Source: Neoechinorhynchus agilis (Eukaryota > Animalia > Acanthocephala). From it: 64,000 nt of DNA. The stretch spans positions 2,140,389 through 2,204,388 of the forward strand of contig CM121343.1 in NCBI GenBank assembly GCA_051530055.1, in the 5' to 3' direction. The first letter of the stretch is position 1; each line of letters starts with the position of its first letter. This document shows positions 1 through 11,499 of the stretch, piece after piece. Under the pieces are notes generated by a model that saw nothing but the letters and a program-made list of their open reading frames with translations, did no database searches and was not told the origin of the DNA. The position numbers were made by a program, and so were the translations under genes.

Positions 1-483
1 AGATAAATGCGACCCCGAAAAGGGAAAAGAATAAAGTTGAATTGTCCTAGTTGTTAAAAGTTGAATATGACAGCTCAAATTGTATTATTTTTAGACTTAT
101 AATGAGATGAAATGGTCAAGTTACGCTGCTTGCATGCTTATTCGATATTCTTGAAGGGCCGTGATCATTTTGTGATTTTTTTAGCTAAATAATATTTTAA
201 TCAAGAACATTAAAGCCAACAATAGAAAAAACAAACGCCAGAGCTTAAAGCTCACTCACGTTTATTAACAAGAAGCAAATAAATTTATTCAATTTAAAAA
301 TATGACACATGGACGATACAATATTCTAACGCTTTGACACCACAAAAATTTTAACATACGTAAATTTTAGTTTCAACATTTATACATAATAACAATACGG
401 ACGATAATTTCTATTGGACTTATGGTTTAGGGAATTTAGCCGGTAATTAATTCAATTTGCTACCAAAAGACGCTCAAAATAAA

Positions 484-1004
484 ACCGACGAGGTTCGAAA
501 CGTCTTTAATCGAAATAATCATTTTCCGCGGGTGTAGACTTCTAAACAATAATTCCCCGGCACCTCACATATAAACATTACAAAATTTATTTCCTCTTTC
601 CGTTAATCGATGGTTTGGAAAATCTTGAACTCCAACAAGCACTCCTGCCAAACATTGACCTTGCAAATGAAATGATGAAATCGATGTACAAAATAAAGGT
701 AAGTACAAAAAGCACAACCGCCAACAAACGATACCAATCAATACCATACTTTCGGCAATTGGGGCTGGTTAATTCACGCTTCTTTTCAGCAATATTCAAT
801 GTTGTATCGTTGCCATTTTACTTTTTAATTGTTGATACATAAAGGAAAGCTGAAATGTCGTCTCTTAGCAACGAGGATTTCATTGCCAAATTCAAAAGTA
901 GACAACTTTCAAATGGACAAAAATTAAAAAAAAAGAATCTAGAAATATTGTCGATCGACGTTCTTTGATTATAAATGAAGGACCAATCAATCATTTGTAT
1001 TTTA
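484..1004 (+). mobile_element. Second copy of the ~480-500-nt HHR-associated (retrozyme-like) unit; ribozyme 5'-truncated
   Basis: Matches the minus strand of 45077-45660. It starts with the 3' half of the same HHR (ccgacgaggttc-GAAA-CGTC-tttaat, 485-510) but lacks CTGATGA, and ends at catttgtatttta, which precedes the HHR core in the 45-kb copy. Confidence 0.8.
587..816 (-). pseudogene. Small single-pass membrane protein ORF, paralog of 45351-45569, with a 1-nt deletion just after the ATG
   Basis: NIAEKKRELTSPNCRKYGIDWYRLLAVVLFVLTFILYIDFIISF. The 5' end reads atggcaacgatacaac versus atggcaacgaatacaac in the 45-kb copy (frameshift or sequencing error). Confidence 0.55.
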
Positions 1005-1399
1005 GCACAGATGACCAATACCGAAATTTTGATAACTTCTATTGGCCAAAAAAGGAGCGATTTCAATTCAAAGAAAAAGTATTCAACGAAAGAGATTGTT
1101 AGAATGTAACTGCAAAATAGTACGCGCTGAGTACATTTTATTTTCCTACAATCTGATGCCTTCGAAACGTTTCACAATCATGAACACCAATTTTAATCAG
1201 AATACACAAAAATTCAGAAGATTTACAAAAGCTTAGAGCGATGTGTATACTTCCATACGATTCCGAAATCGCCAAATCAAAGTAAAACAGAAACATACGA
1301 TGCTTTGGAGCATTAAAGCAAAAAATTTCAATAGATGCTTGTAATTTGTAAAATTGCAGATTATTTAGCACTCTGTGATAAAAAAATCGTACAGCAAAA

Positions 1400-4300
1400 G
1401 CGGCTTAAAATGCCTTTTAAAGGGCTACTTTGGAACTGTGCATTGTAGTTTCATATTTTGCATTAAAATCCCTTTTTTGATTTCTTTTTTTAATAAATTC
1501 GCCATCTTTGCAGAGTAAGGAGTTTGCTATACAATTTTTCACTTTTTATTGACGATCACAGAGCTCGTTAACTTCATTCTGAGAAAAATCTTTGTTAGGC
1601 CAAAAATGTCTTTTAAATTGTTACTTTGGAATTGTGCACTTCAGTTTAATATTTTGCATTCAAATCCCTTTTTTAATTTCTTTTTTTTAACAAATTCGGC
1701 ACCTTTGCAGAGTAAGGAGTTTGCTCTAAGATTTTTCATTTTAATGACGGTCACAGAGCTCGTTAATTTCATTCTGAGAAAAATCTTTGTTAGGCCAAAA
1801 ATTCCTTTTAAATTGTTACTTTGGAATTGTTCATTTCAGTTTCATATTTTGCATTCAAATCCCTTTTTTAATTTCTTTTTTTAACAAATTCGGCACCTTT
1901 GCAGAGTAAGGAGTTTGCTCTACGATTTTTCATTTTTAATGACGATCACAGAGCTCGTTAATTTCATTCTGAGAAAAATCTTTGTTAGGCCAAAAATGCC
2001 TTTAAATTGTTACTTTGGAATTGTGCACTTCAGTTTCATATTTTGCATTCAAATCCCTTTTTAATTTCTTTTCTTTAACAAATTCGGCACCTTTGCAGAG
2101 TAAGGAGTTTGCTCTACGATTTTTCATTTTTAATGACGATCACAGAGCTCGTTAATTTCATTCTGAGAAAAATCTTTGTTAGGCCAAATGACGATCTGAA
2201 ACAATTAATTTCATTCTGAAAAAATCTTTGTTAGGCCAAAAATGCCTTTTAAATTGTATTTTCGGAATTGTTCATTTTCAGTTTCATATTTTGCATTCAA
2301 ATCCCTTTTTTCATTTTTTCCTTTTTCTTTTTTAATAAATTGGGCACCTTTGCAGAGTAAGGAGTTTGCTAAACGATTTCTCATTTTTAATGACGATCAC
2401 AGAGCTCGTTAATTTCATTCTGAGAAAAATCTTTGTTAGGCCAAAAATGCCTTTCAAATTGTTACTTTGGAATTGTTCATTTCAGTTTCATATTTTGCAT
2501 TCAAATCCCTTTTTTCATTTCTTTTTTTAATAAATTCGGCACCTTTGCAGAGTAAGGAGTTTGCTAAACGATTTCTCATTTTTAATGACGATCGCAGAGC
2601 TCGTTAATTTCATTCTGAGAAAAATCTTTGTTTGGCCAAAAATGCCTTTAAATTGTTACTTTGGAATTGAGCACTCCAGTTTCATATTTTGCATTCAAAT
2701 CCCTTTTTTAATTTCTTTTTTTAACAAATTCAGCACCTTTGTTTGCAGAGTAAGGAGTTTGCTCTAAGATTTTTCATTTTTTAATGACGATCACAGAGCT
2801 CGTTAATTTCATTCTGAGAAAAATCTTTGTGAGGCCAAAAATACCTTTTAAATTGTTACTTTGGAATTGTTCATTTCAGTTTCATATTTTGCATTCAAAT
2901 CCCTTTTTTAATTTCTTTTTTTAATAAATTCGGCACCTTTGCAGAGTAAGGAGTTTGCTCTAAGATTTTTCATTTTAATGACGATCACAGAGCTCGTTAA
3001 TTTCATTCTGAGAAAAATCTGTTTGGCCAAAAATGCCTTTAAATTGTTACTTTGGAATTGTTCACTTCAGTTTCATGTTTTGCATTCAAATCCCTTTTTT
3101 AATTTCTTTTTTTAACAAATTCGGCACCTTTGCAGAGTAAGGAGTTTGCTCTAAGATTTTTCATTTTAATGACGGTCACAGAGCTCGTTAATTTCATTCT
3201 GAAAAAATCTTTGTTGGGCCAAAAAATCTTTAAATTGTGCTTTGGAATTGTTCCTTCAGTTTCATATTTTGCATTCGAATCCCTTTTTTAATTTAATTTC
3301 TTTTTTTTAACAAATTCAGCACCTTTGCAGAGTAAGGAGTTTGCTCTAAAAGTTTTTCATTTTTTGTGGTGATCACAGAGTAATTCTTCATTCTGAGAAA
3401 AATCTTTGTTACGCCAAAAATGCCTTTTAAATTGTTACTTTGGAATTGCTCATTTCAGTTTCATATTTTGCATTCAAATCCCTTTTTTAATTTCTTTTTT
3501 TAACAAATTCGGCACCTTCACAGAGTAAAGAGTTTGCTCTAAGATTTTTCATTTTAATGACGGTCACAGAGCTCGTTAATTTCATTCTGAGAAAAATCTT
3601 TGTTAGGCCAAAAAATCCTTTTAAATTGTTACTTTGGAATTGTTCACTTCAGTTTCATATTTTGCATTAAAATCCCTTTTTTAATTTCTTTTTTTTAACA
3701 AATTCGGCACCTTTGCAGAGTAAGGAGTTTGCTCTAAGATTTTTCATTTTTTAATGACGATCACAGAGCTCGTTAATTTCATTCTGAGAAAAATCTTTGT
3801 TACGCCAAAAAATCCTTTTAAATTGTTACTTTGGAATTGTCCACTCCAGTTTCATATTTTGCATTCTAATCCCTTTTTTAATTTCTTTTTTTTAACAAAT
3901 TCGGCACCTTCACAGAGTAAGGAGTTTGCTCTAAGATTTTTCATTTTAATGACGGTCACAGAGCTTGTTAATTTCATTCTGAAAAAAATCATTACGCCAA
4001 AAATGCCTTTAAATTGTTACTTTGGAATTGAGCACTCCAGTTTCATATTTTGCATTCAAATCCCTTTTTTAATTTCTTTTTTTAACAAATTCAGCACCTT
4101 TGCAGAGTAAGGAGTTTGCTCTAAGATTTTTCATTTTTCAATGACGATCACAGAGCTCGTTAACTTCATTCTGAGAAAAATCTTCGTTACGCCAAAAATG
4201 CCTTTTAAATTGTTACTTTGGAATTGTTAATTTCAGTTTCATGTTTTGCATTCAAATCCCTTTTTTAATTTCTTTTTTTAACAAATTCGGCACCTTCAAA

Positions 4301-6106
4301 GAGTAAGGAGTTTGCTCTAAGATTTTTCATTTTAATGACGGTCACAGAGCTCGTTAATTTCATTCTGAGAAAAATCTTTGTTTGGCCAAAAATGCCTTTA
4401 AATTGTTACTTTGGAATTGTTCACTTCAGTTTCATATTTTGCATTCAAATCCCTTTTTTAATTTCTTTTTTTTAACAAATTCGGCACCTTTGCAGAGTAA
4501 GGAGTTTGCTCTAAGATTTTTCATTTTAATGACGATCACAGAGCTCGTTAACTTCATTCTGAGAAAAATCTTTGTTACGCCAAAAATGCCTTTTAAATTG
4601 TTACTTTGGAATTGTTCATTTCAGTTTCATATTTTGCATTCAAATCCCTTTTTTAATTTCTTTTTTTTAATAAATTCGGCACCTTCACAGAGTAAGGAGT
4701 TTGCTCTAAGATTTTTCATTTTTTAATGACGATCACAGAGCTCGTTAATTTCATTCTGAGAAAAATCTTTGTTACGCAAAAAAATCCTTTTAAATTGTAA
4801 CTTTGGAATTGTTCACTTCAGTTTCATATTTTGCATTCAAATCCCTTTTTTAATTTCTTTTTTTAATAAATTCGGCACCTTCACAGAGTAAGGAGTTTGC
4901 TCTAAGATTTTTCATTTTAATGACGATCACAGAATATTCTGAACATTCTGAGAAAAATCTTTGTTACGCCAAAAAATCCTTTTAAATTGTTACTTTTTGA
5001 TTATTCTTCAGTTTCATATTTTGCATTCAAATCCTTTTTAATTTCTTTTTTTAACAATTTCGGCACTTTGCGATAAGGAGTTGCTCTAAGATTTTTCATT
5101 TAATGACGGTCACAGAGCTCGTTAATTTCATTCTGAGAAAAATCTTGTTTGGCCAAAAATGCCTTTTAAATTTATTTTTGGAATTTATTTCATTTCAGTT
5201 TCATGTTTTGCATTTAAATCCCTTTTTCAATTTTCTTTTTTTAACAAATTCGGCACCTTCAAGAGTAAGTTTGGTTTGCTCTAGATTTTTCATTTTAATG
5301 ACTGGTCTGGAAGCTCGTTATTTCATTCTGAGAAAATCTTTGTTTGGCCAAAAATGCCTTTAAATTGTTACTTTGGAATTGAGCACTCCAGTTTCATATT
5401 TTGCATTCAAATCCCTTTTTAATTTCTTTTCTTTAACAAATTCGGCACCTTTGCAGAGTAAGGAGTTTGCTCTAAGATTTTTCATTTTTTAATGACGATC
5501 ACAGAGCTCGTTAATTTCATTCTGAGAAAAATCTTTGTTACGCAAAAAAATCCTTTTAAATTGTTGCTGATTGTGCAAACTTTTCAGTTTCATATTTTGC
5601 ATTCAATCCTTTTTTAATTTCTTTTTTTTAATAAATCGGCACTTTTTGCGATAAGGAGTTTGCTCTAAGATTTTTCATTTTAATGACGGTCACAGAGCTC
5701 GTTAATTTCATTCTGAGAAAAATCTTTGTTAGGCCAAAAAATCTTTTTAAATTGTTACTTTGGAATTGTTCACTTCAGTTTCATATTTTGCATTCAAATC
5801 CCTTTTTTAATTGCTTTTTTAACAAATTCGCTGCTTTACCGACAAAAAGTTTGCTCTAAGATTTTTCATTTTAATGACGGTCACAGAGCTCGTTAATTTC
5901 ATTCTGAGAAAAATCTTTGTTAGGCCAAAAAATCTTTTTAAATTGTTACTTTGGAATTGTTCACTTCAGTTTCATATTTTGCATTCAAATCCCTTTTTTA
6001 ATTGCTTTTTTTAACAAATTCAGCACCTTTGCAGAGTAAGGAGTTTGCTCTAAGATTTTTCATTTTAATGACGGTCACAGAGCTCGTTAATTTCATTCTG
6101 AGAAAA
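1400..6106. repeat. Satellite array 1, ~195-bp unit, ~24 copies
   Basis: gacg(a/g)tcacagagctcgttaa recurs at ~1551, 1745, 1940, 2135 and onward; A/T-tract rich. Confidence 0.97.
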
Positions 6107-6323
6107 TATTCAGTTATGGGTATGATATAAGTAGGGAAGATTGATTTGAATCCTCTTGCGGCGATTCACACCCCGAGAATCAGCTTTATTTTGTAATATT
6201 TCGTGGGCCAAACCTTTTCAAACATTGTCACCTGAAAACCCGAAACATAGATTCGATGATGGGTTGACTGGTTTACATCTCAAAGTCATATCAAGAAGAT
6301 CCTTCGGGATGGTCTGTATATTT

Positions 6324-6484
6324 AATTTTGGTGAACATAATCCCACCCCCGATTAAAAATTCTTTTATTATTATGAAATATTTTGGAGGAGGAAACCTGA
6401 TCATTCGCGAGGTTTCCTTTTTCGAAATATTTCCTAATAATAAAGGAGTCTTTAATCGGGGGTGGGATTGTGTTCACCAAAATT
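6324..6484 (+). repeat. Long inverted repeat: 74-bp arms, 13-nt loop
   Basis: 6324-6397 versus the reverse complement of 6411-6484: 65/74 identical, no indels. Confidence 0.95.
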
Positions 6485-6576
6485 CAATCTCAAAGTTATT
6501 TTGAGGATCGAGATGGATATCATAAACGATGGAATTTTTTCTGGCTTAGGATTTGATCGACTATCATCATGAATCG

Positions 6577-8635
6577 ATGACGCCCAACATTGATATGAGC
6601 GTGATCCCCAACTACAGGGCGCGTTATAGTGACGTCAACGCGTACGACGGGGCGTATTCAAAATTGGTTTATTTCTCCGGAAGAATCCTAAAAGTAATAT
6701 TTTCTCCCTTCGTCTCGTTGAGAAAGAATCTGTTTCTCAGTAGATTGGTTTGGTGATGTCATCTCTGGGAGCGAAATCGACGGTGTTTAAATACTTTTCG
6801 GATGTTCATGGATCTCCAGCGTTTGATGCGGAGTTGGCGGATGTGGTCTCAAGACAGAATACTAAAGCAGCATTGGATGTTAACGATGCCATGGTTGAGT
6901 TTAGCAAGTTGCAGGAGTCATTTGACTCTCGGTGCCTTCAGGTGTATCGTGTCAGTGAAAATGGTCGTTTGATCTCACAGCCGAGCGCTAATGGAACCGT
7001 TGGTGCGGGTGTTCAAATAGACGTAGGTCATACGGCTCAAACGACTCCAGACGATTTAAGTGGATATTATGGAATGGGAGAAATCATTCCACCAGAATAT
7101 TATCAGCACGATATGGCATACGACGGTGGTGCGGCGGCGGCGGCGGCTGCTGTCAATGAGCTACAAACGACTCAATCAGTGGTGTACCCAGCAACCGCTG
7201 CCGCCGCTGCAGCCGACTATTATGGATCACAGGAGTGGACTTTTACTCAATCGTATGGAACTGGAGGGACCGTCCCTATGCCTTCAGTTCCGAACCCAAC
7301 TGATCCTGATATGTACCCTCCAGGTTTTTATGACAATCGATACGTATCGACGGATGTGACCATTGAAGGTCAACAAGGTCAGGATTTCTTTATTGATGGG
7401 ATGCAACAGGTTCGTCGTCGACCAGAGATGAGTATATAATCGCGTTTCCACAATGATCTAAGCTGGGAATGTGATATTTTAGAATGTCTAGCAAACGAGC
7501 TCTTCTGCTAGCTCAAGCCGGGAATGATGACGATGAAGAAGAAGGGAGTAATATGGAAGATGGAGAGATGGAGAACGGGAAATATCCATGTTCAACATGC
7601 AAAAAGAAATTCGGTGATCCAGCATCAGCTCGAAGGCATGAACGAAGCCACCGTAAACGCTCGACTGGAATCGCTAAACGGGAATCAAAGTCAAACACTT
7701 ATAAATGCAATTTGTGCCAGCAGAGATTTTCCGCCGGGTATACTCTTAAGAAACATATCAGGGTTCATACAAGAGAAAAGCCTTTTTCCTGCGATTTATG
7801 TAATGAGAAGTTTTCTCAGTGGGGAAATTTGAGACTTCATATGCAACGCCACCTTGGAATAAACCCTTACCGTTGTCCATACTGCGACAAGGCCTATATT
7901 GCACCATCGAAACTTGAAGTTCATATCCGAGGTCACACTAATGAACGTCCGTATGGTTGCGATGTTTGTTGTTCAAACTTTAAATCGAATGATGATCTAA
8001 GGAAGCACATGATGATCCATTGCAATTATAAACCATTCACTTGCTGGATTTGTCAGAAGTCTTTTATGCAACCATCGAAACTGAAACAACACATGAAAGA
8101 GAAACATACACTGGATATTGATGTATGCAAGAAGGATGTCACCGATCGGGGCGTCGAGTATCAGATTAAAATCCTACCAAACCAAGCAAACAGTGCTGCT
8201 GCCTTTGCTGCCGCCGCCGCCGCTGCTGCCGTCACTGCAGCCCAGAAAGCTTCCACAAATGCTGATGGATCTTTTGTTAACACCAATCAATCGGCAGTGT
8301 TCGATGGTGGAGTCCATACAGCTTTTGAAGAATACGCTAACGCTCCTCCACCCAATGGTGCCGGCGGTGTATTGTACTACGGTGGACCCAGTACGACCAC
8401 CACCAGTCTAGCAGCACCCAACTCAGTAGGCCCACCTTCAGAAACCGTTACTACTTTCACTACAAAGACTTTCTATGCCCAAAACGATGTAACACAACAA
8501 AACAATGGAGTTCTTAATGATCAGGAGGAACAAGCAAACAGAAACGGTTCTGATGATGACGACGACGATGTCTATCCTGCCATAGGACACAAAAGGTCCA
8601 AAAGAACCAGCAGGAACAAAAGGAGGCGAAACTGA
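6577..8635 (+). CDS. C2H2 zinc-finger transcription factor (6 fingers, poly-Ala tracts); probably 3 exons
   Basis: Six C-x2-C...H-x3/4-H fingers with TREKPF/TNERPY-type linkers in ORF 7484-8635. An in-frame GT..AG intron at 6694-6743 joins the 6553 and 6750 ORFs. The link from ORF 6750-7439 to the finger exon (intron ~7433-7511) is inferred. Confidence 0.8.
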
Positions 8636-9153
8636 ACTTCTGATCGCTTTTGGTTACTAAACAGATATCGGGCAAACATCGGATTTGTATGTCAGTACTC
8701 ATGGAAGGATTTGGGAGGAACAGGTCTTATAATTTTAACTTGTTGTGAAGATAATCTCATCCAGTTAGAAATCATTTTATTGTGAAGCAATGATTAATCT
8801 GACGAAGTTTCCTTTTCAAGAAATAACCCAGATTATCTTCATCACACAAGTCAAAACTTACCAACCAAATCTGGATCTTCTCTCCTTTTTTAATACCACT
8901 TTTTACTCTTATATTTGGTCCTAAAATTTCGCCAATGTTTTGTGACCAATTTTTTTTGGGTCCGTCAGGACTTCCACTAATGTTCCCGAAGTCCTTCGAA
9001 GAGTTTATACTAATCTCGTCGAATAGGATTCAACGGCCGAGTGCATAAATCGCAGCCAAAACTATATCCTTAATTAGTAGAATCGTGTAACTATGAAGTA
9101 TTCTTTAGATTTTGGTTCGAAACGAGATCTTCAGCTTTCGACAATTTTTAGAT

Positions 9154-10581
9154 ATGAAGGCTCAGTTCATCTTTGGCATCTTATTGGTTCAGACTAAATG
9201 CTCAATAGGTGATACTCATCCTGTGTTTCGAACATGTTTAAATGAGTGTATAAGTCTCGATTGTCCAACTTCACTTAGCGGCCTATCGAAGTTCAAATGT
9301 ATTCGAACGTGCCGTTATGCTTGTATGTGGCAAACGGTCGACTTCTTTAAAGACGTCTATAATTTTATTCCAAAATTCTACGGCAAATGGCCATTTATAG
9401 GACACTTTCTCATCGAAGAACCCGCCTCTGCTGTATTTTCCTTTCTTAACTGGTCCCGAGTGGTGGATCTATGAGGTAGAATTCGCTTGTATTAGAACCA
9501 CTTTCGTACACGAACTATGTTAAATGGAAGGAATTCCGATCTTTAATCTCAAATACAAATGAATATTTCAGAACTTGGAACTTGTACTATATTTTCATCA
9601 TGGTAGCATGGGCTTGTTCAACTGTTTTTCATTGCGTTGATCATCCAATCACTGAGCGAATGGACTACATATCTGCTAGTATAGTCGTATTCGTTCATTT
9701 GGCTGCTGCGATTGGCTGCTCTTTGAAACCAGGTCTTATAAGAAATATTCCATGTCACAAGTTAACCGGAGGTTGATTTCAGTTGAAAGTAAACTGAGTT
9801 TTTTTTCGAAAATGAATAGAAATCTTTATTCCCGAACTTTTGCCGTCTTCTGCAATCCGTCAAACGTTGACCCAAACGCCATTGAGCTCTCCTGATGTAG
9901 TTTTGGGTGTCGCTACTTTAACACAATCGCCTTTGTAGATTTTTGAGTTTAAACCAAAAGACGGCGCATTTTCGAAAATAAAAAAACTTGATTCAAAAAA
10001 ATCAAAAGAGGCAAAGCGTTCAATCTTGTTTAATATCGCTTATCGGCAATGCCTACCGTCACGCAATTTTAGTTTTGCTTATCATCAAAAATGACGGACT
10101 TTGAAAAATAGGAACTTAACAAGACTCGATAGACTGATTGTATCGACTGATATAATCGGTAAAAATATTTATCTCTCCTTAACTCGTTTTCCCATTGACC
10201 GTTCTTTTCCGGACTGAATGGTTAACTACTGATCTATTATCGATATTATTGATTATGTTTTGCAATCACATTCGGACGCTTATGGGATCCAACATTGATT
10301 ACGGAGCAAACATGGACGCTCTAAAGCTTGTAGCTACGTTGGCAATCGTCTATTGGCTTCTATGGAGTATTTACAAGATTAAAAAAAGAAGATACGTCGT
10401 ATATTGCATAGCGACGAACATTTTACTTGCTTTATTTTCCACGTTTGAATTATTCGACTTCCCTCCGTTCAAATGGATATTGGATGCTCATTCGATTTGG
10501 CACCTTTCGACCATTGTCATCCCTTTTGTATGGTCAAAATTCATTTTAAATGATTGCATTATGAACATTAAACTCGATTGA
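9154..10581 (+). CDS. PGAP3: Post-GPI attachment to proteins factor 3 (Per1 family), multi-exon
   Basis: Family motifs SxGD...C...C, CRYxCMW, KFYGKWPF...EPASAVFSFLN, WACSTVFH...TERMDY and ELFDFPP...DAHSIWH. Confidence 0.92.
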
Positions 10582-10594
10582 ACACGTCTATATT

Positions 10595-11089
10595 TTATTC
10601 ATCTTCGTATTTCTCCTTATCAGATTCACTCTTTCCCTCCTTGATATGATCAATCATTTTTAACGCCGTATCGATTCCATCTCTAATATCTTTTATCTCT
10701 TCTTCGAGTTCTTCAACGACTCCCGTACATCTTTCCTGCTCTTCGATCGCATTCTCCAACTCCTGACGGCGTTTTTCGCTTAGGAAACGCCAAAAATCGC
10801 ATTCCGCTTTCTCGGTAGTGTCCCAATACTGCTTTTCCTCTTCTTCCGAAATATCGGAAAAGGACTCGCGACGGCGTTTTACTCCGGCTGAAAGTAACGA
10901 AATTTCCGTCTGAACTGACACGCACGTCGGATGGCTTTCAATACCACTTCCAATTTGCGATATTATCGTCTCTAAATCCAATTAAAAAACCACCACGTCT
11001 ATCTACATCAAAGTGTTCTTACTTGCTTCCAATATTGCTCGTGGAGACGGATCCACGGATAAAGATCTCCGCATCCTCTTTGCACGCAT
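10595..11089 (-). CDS. GMNN: Geminin-like coiled-coil protein (2 exons, intron ~10974-11025)
   Basis: FWRFLSEKRRQELENAIEEQERC..VEELEEEI resembles the geminin [23 protein letters not shown] coiled coil. The upstream exon MRAKRMRRSLSVDPSPRAILEA carries an RxxL D-box-like motif and splices in frame (gtaag...tttag). Confidence 0.7.
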
Positions 11090-11499
11090 CTTAAAAAGTC
11101 AAAAATAATCATTGGGATTCCTCCCAAGAAACATCTCAATCCGATATCTCCTGGTCTCTCACGCAATTTTGAATTCCGCAGTTTTTTTACCATAAATGCA
11201 CAAGAAATATCGAATTCAATTTTCTCAGCGCTGGAAGAATTATTTTACAGTCCGAGTTGCCCAACGTCGTATTTTAAAGTGTCTAATTTTTTCTACCCGC
11301 CATAAAACAACCAATTTGAATTGCCTCGTTTTAAATTTGTCTTGGATTCTACTATTACATCAAGGTCACTCTTTTCAGATTATGCCACGTCAAAACTTTT
11401 TCCCCAATAAAAAGAACGTCTTGAGCTGAATGACGTGATCGAATAAAGTATAGACAATGAGATTGTCTCTTTAAAATGTCTTTAGGCTCTTCCATCAAT

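Noticed and set aside
1549-5363. Repeated ORFs (MTITELVNFILRK...) in satellite 1 and similar ORFs in satellite 2
   Set aside because: They are translations of non-coding tandem repeats, with frames broken by frequent homopolymer indels.
4930-5660. Locally scrambled satellite monomers (also at ~19700-20260 and ~21260)
   Set aside because: The pattern of clustered small indels looks like uncorrected long-read error rather than biology.
9453-9495. Possible 20-nt micro-intron or frame discrepancy at the first PGAP3 splice junction
   Set aside because: The best-aligned GT..AG pair is off by one base. A single sequencing error or an alternative donor explains it equally well, so it cannot be resolved without transcripts.
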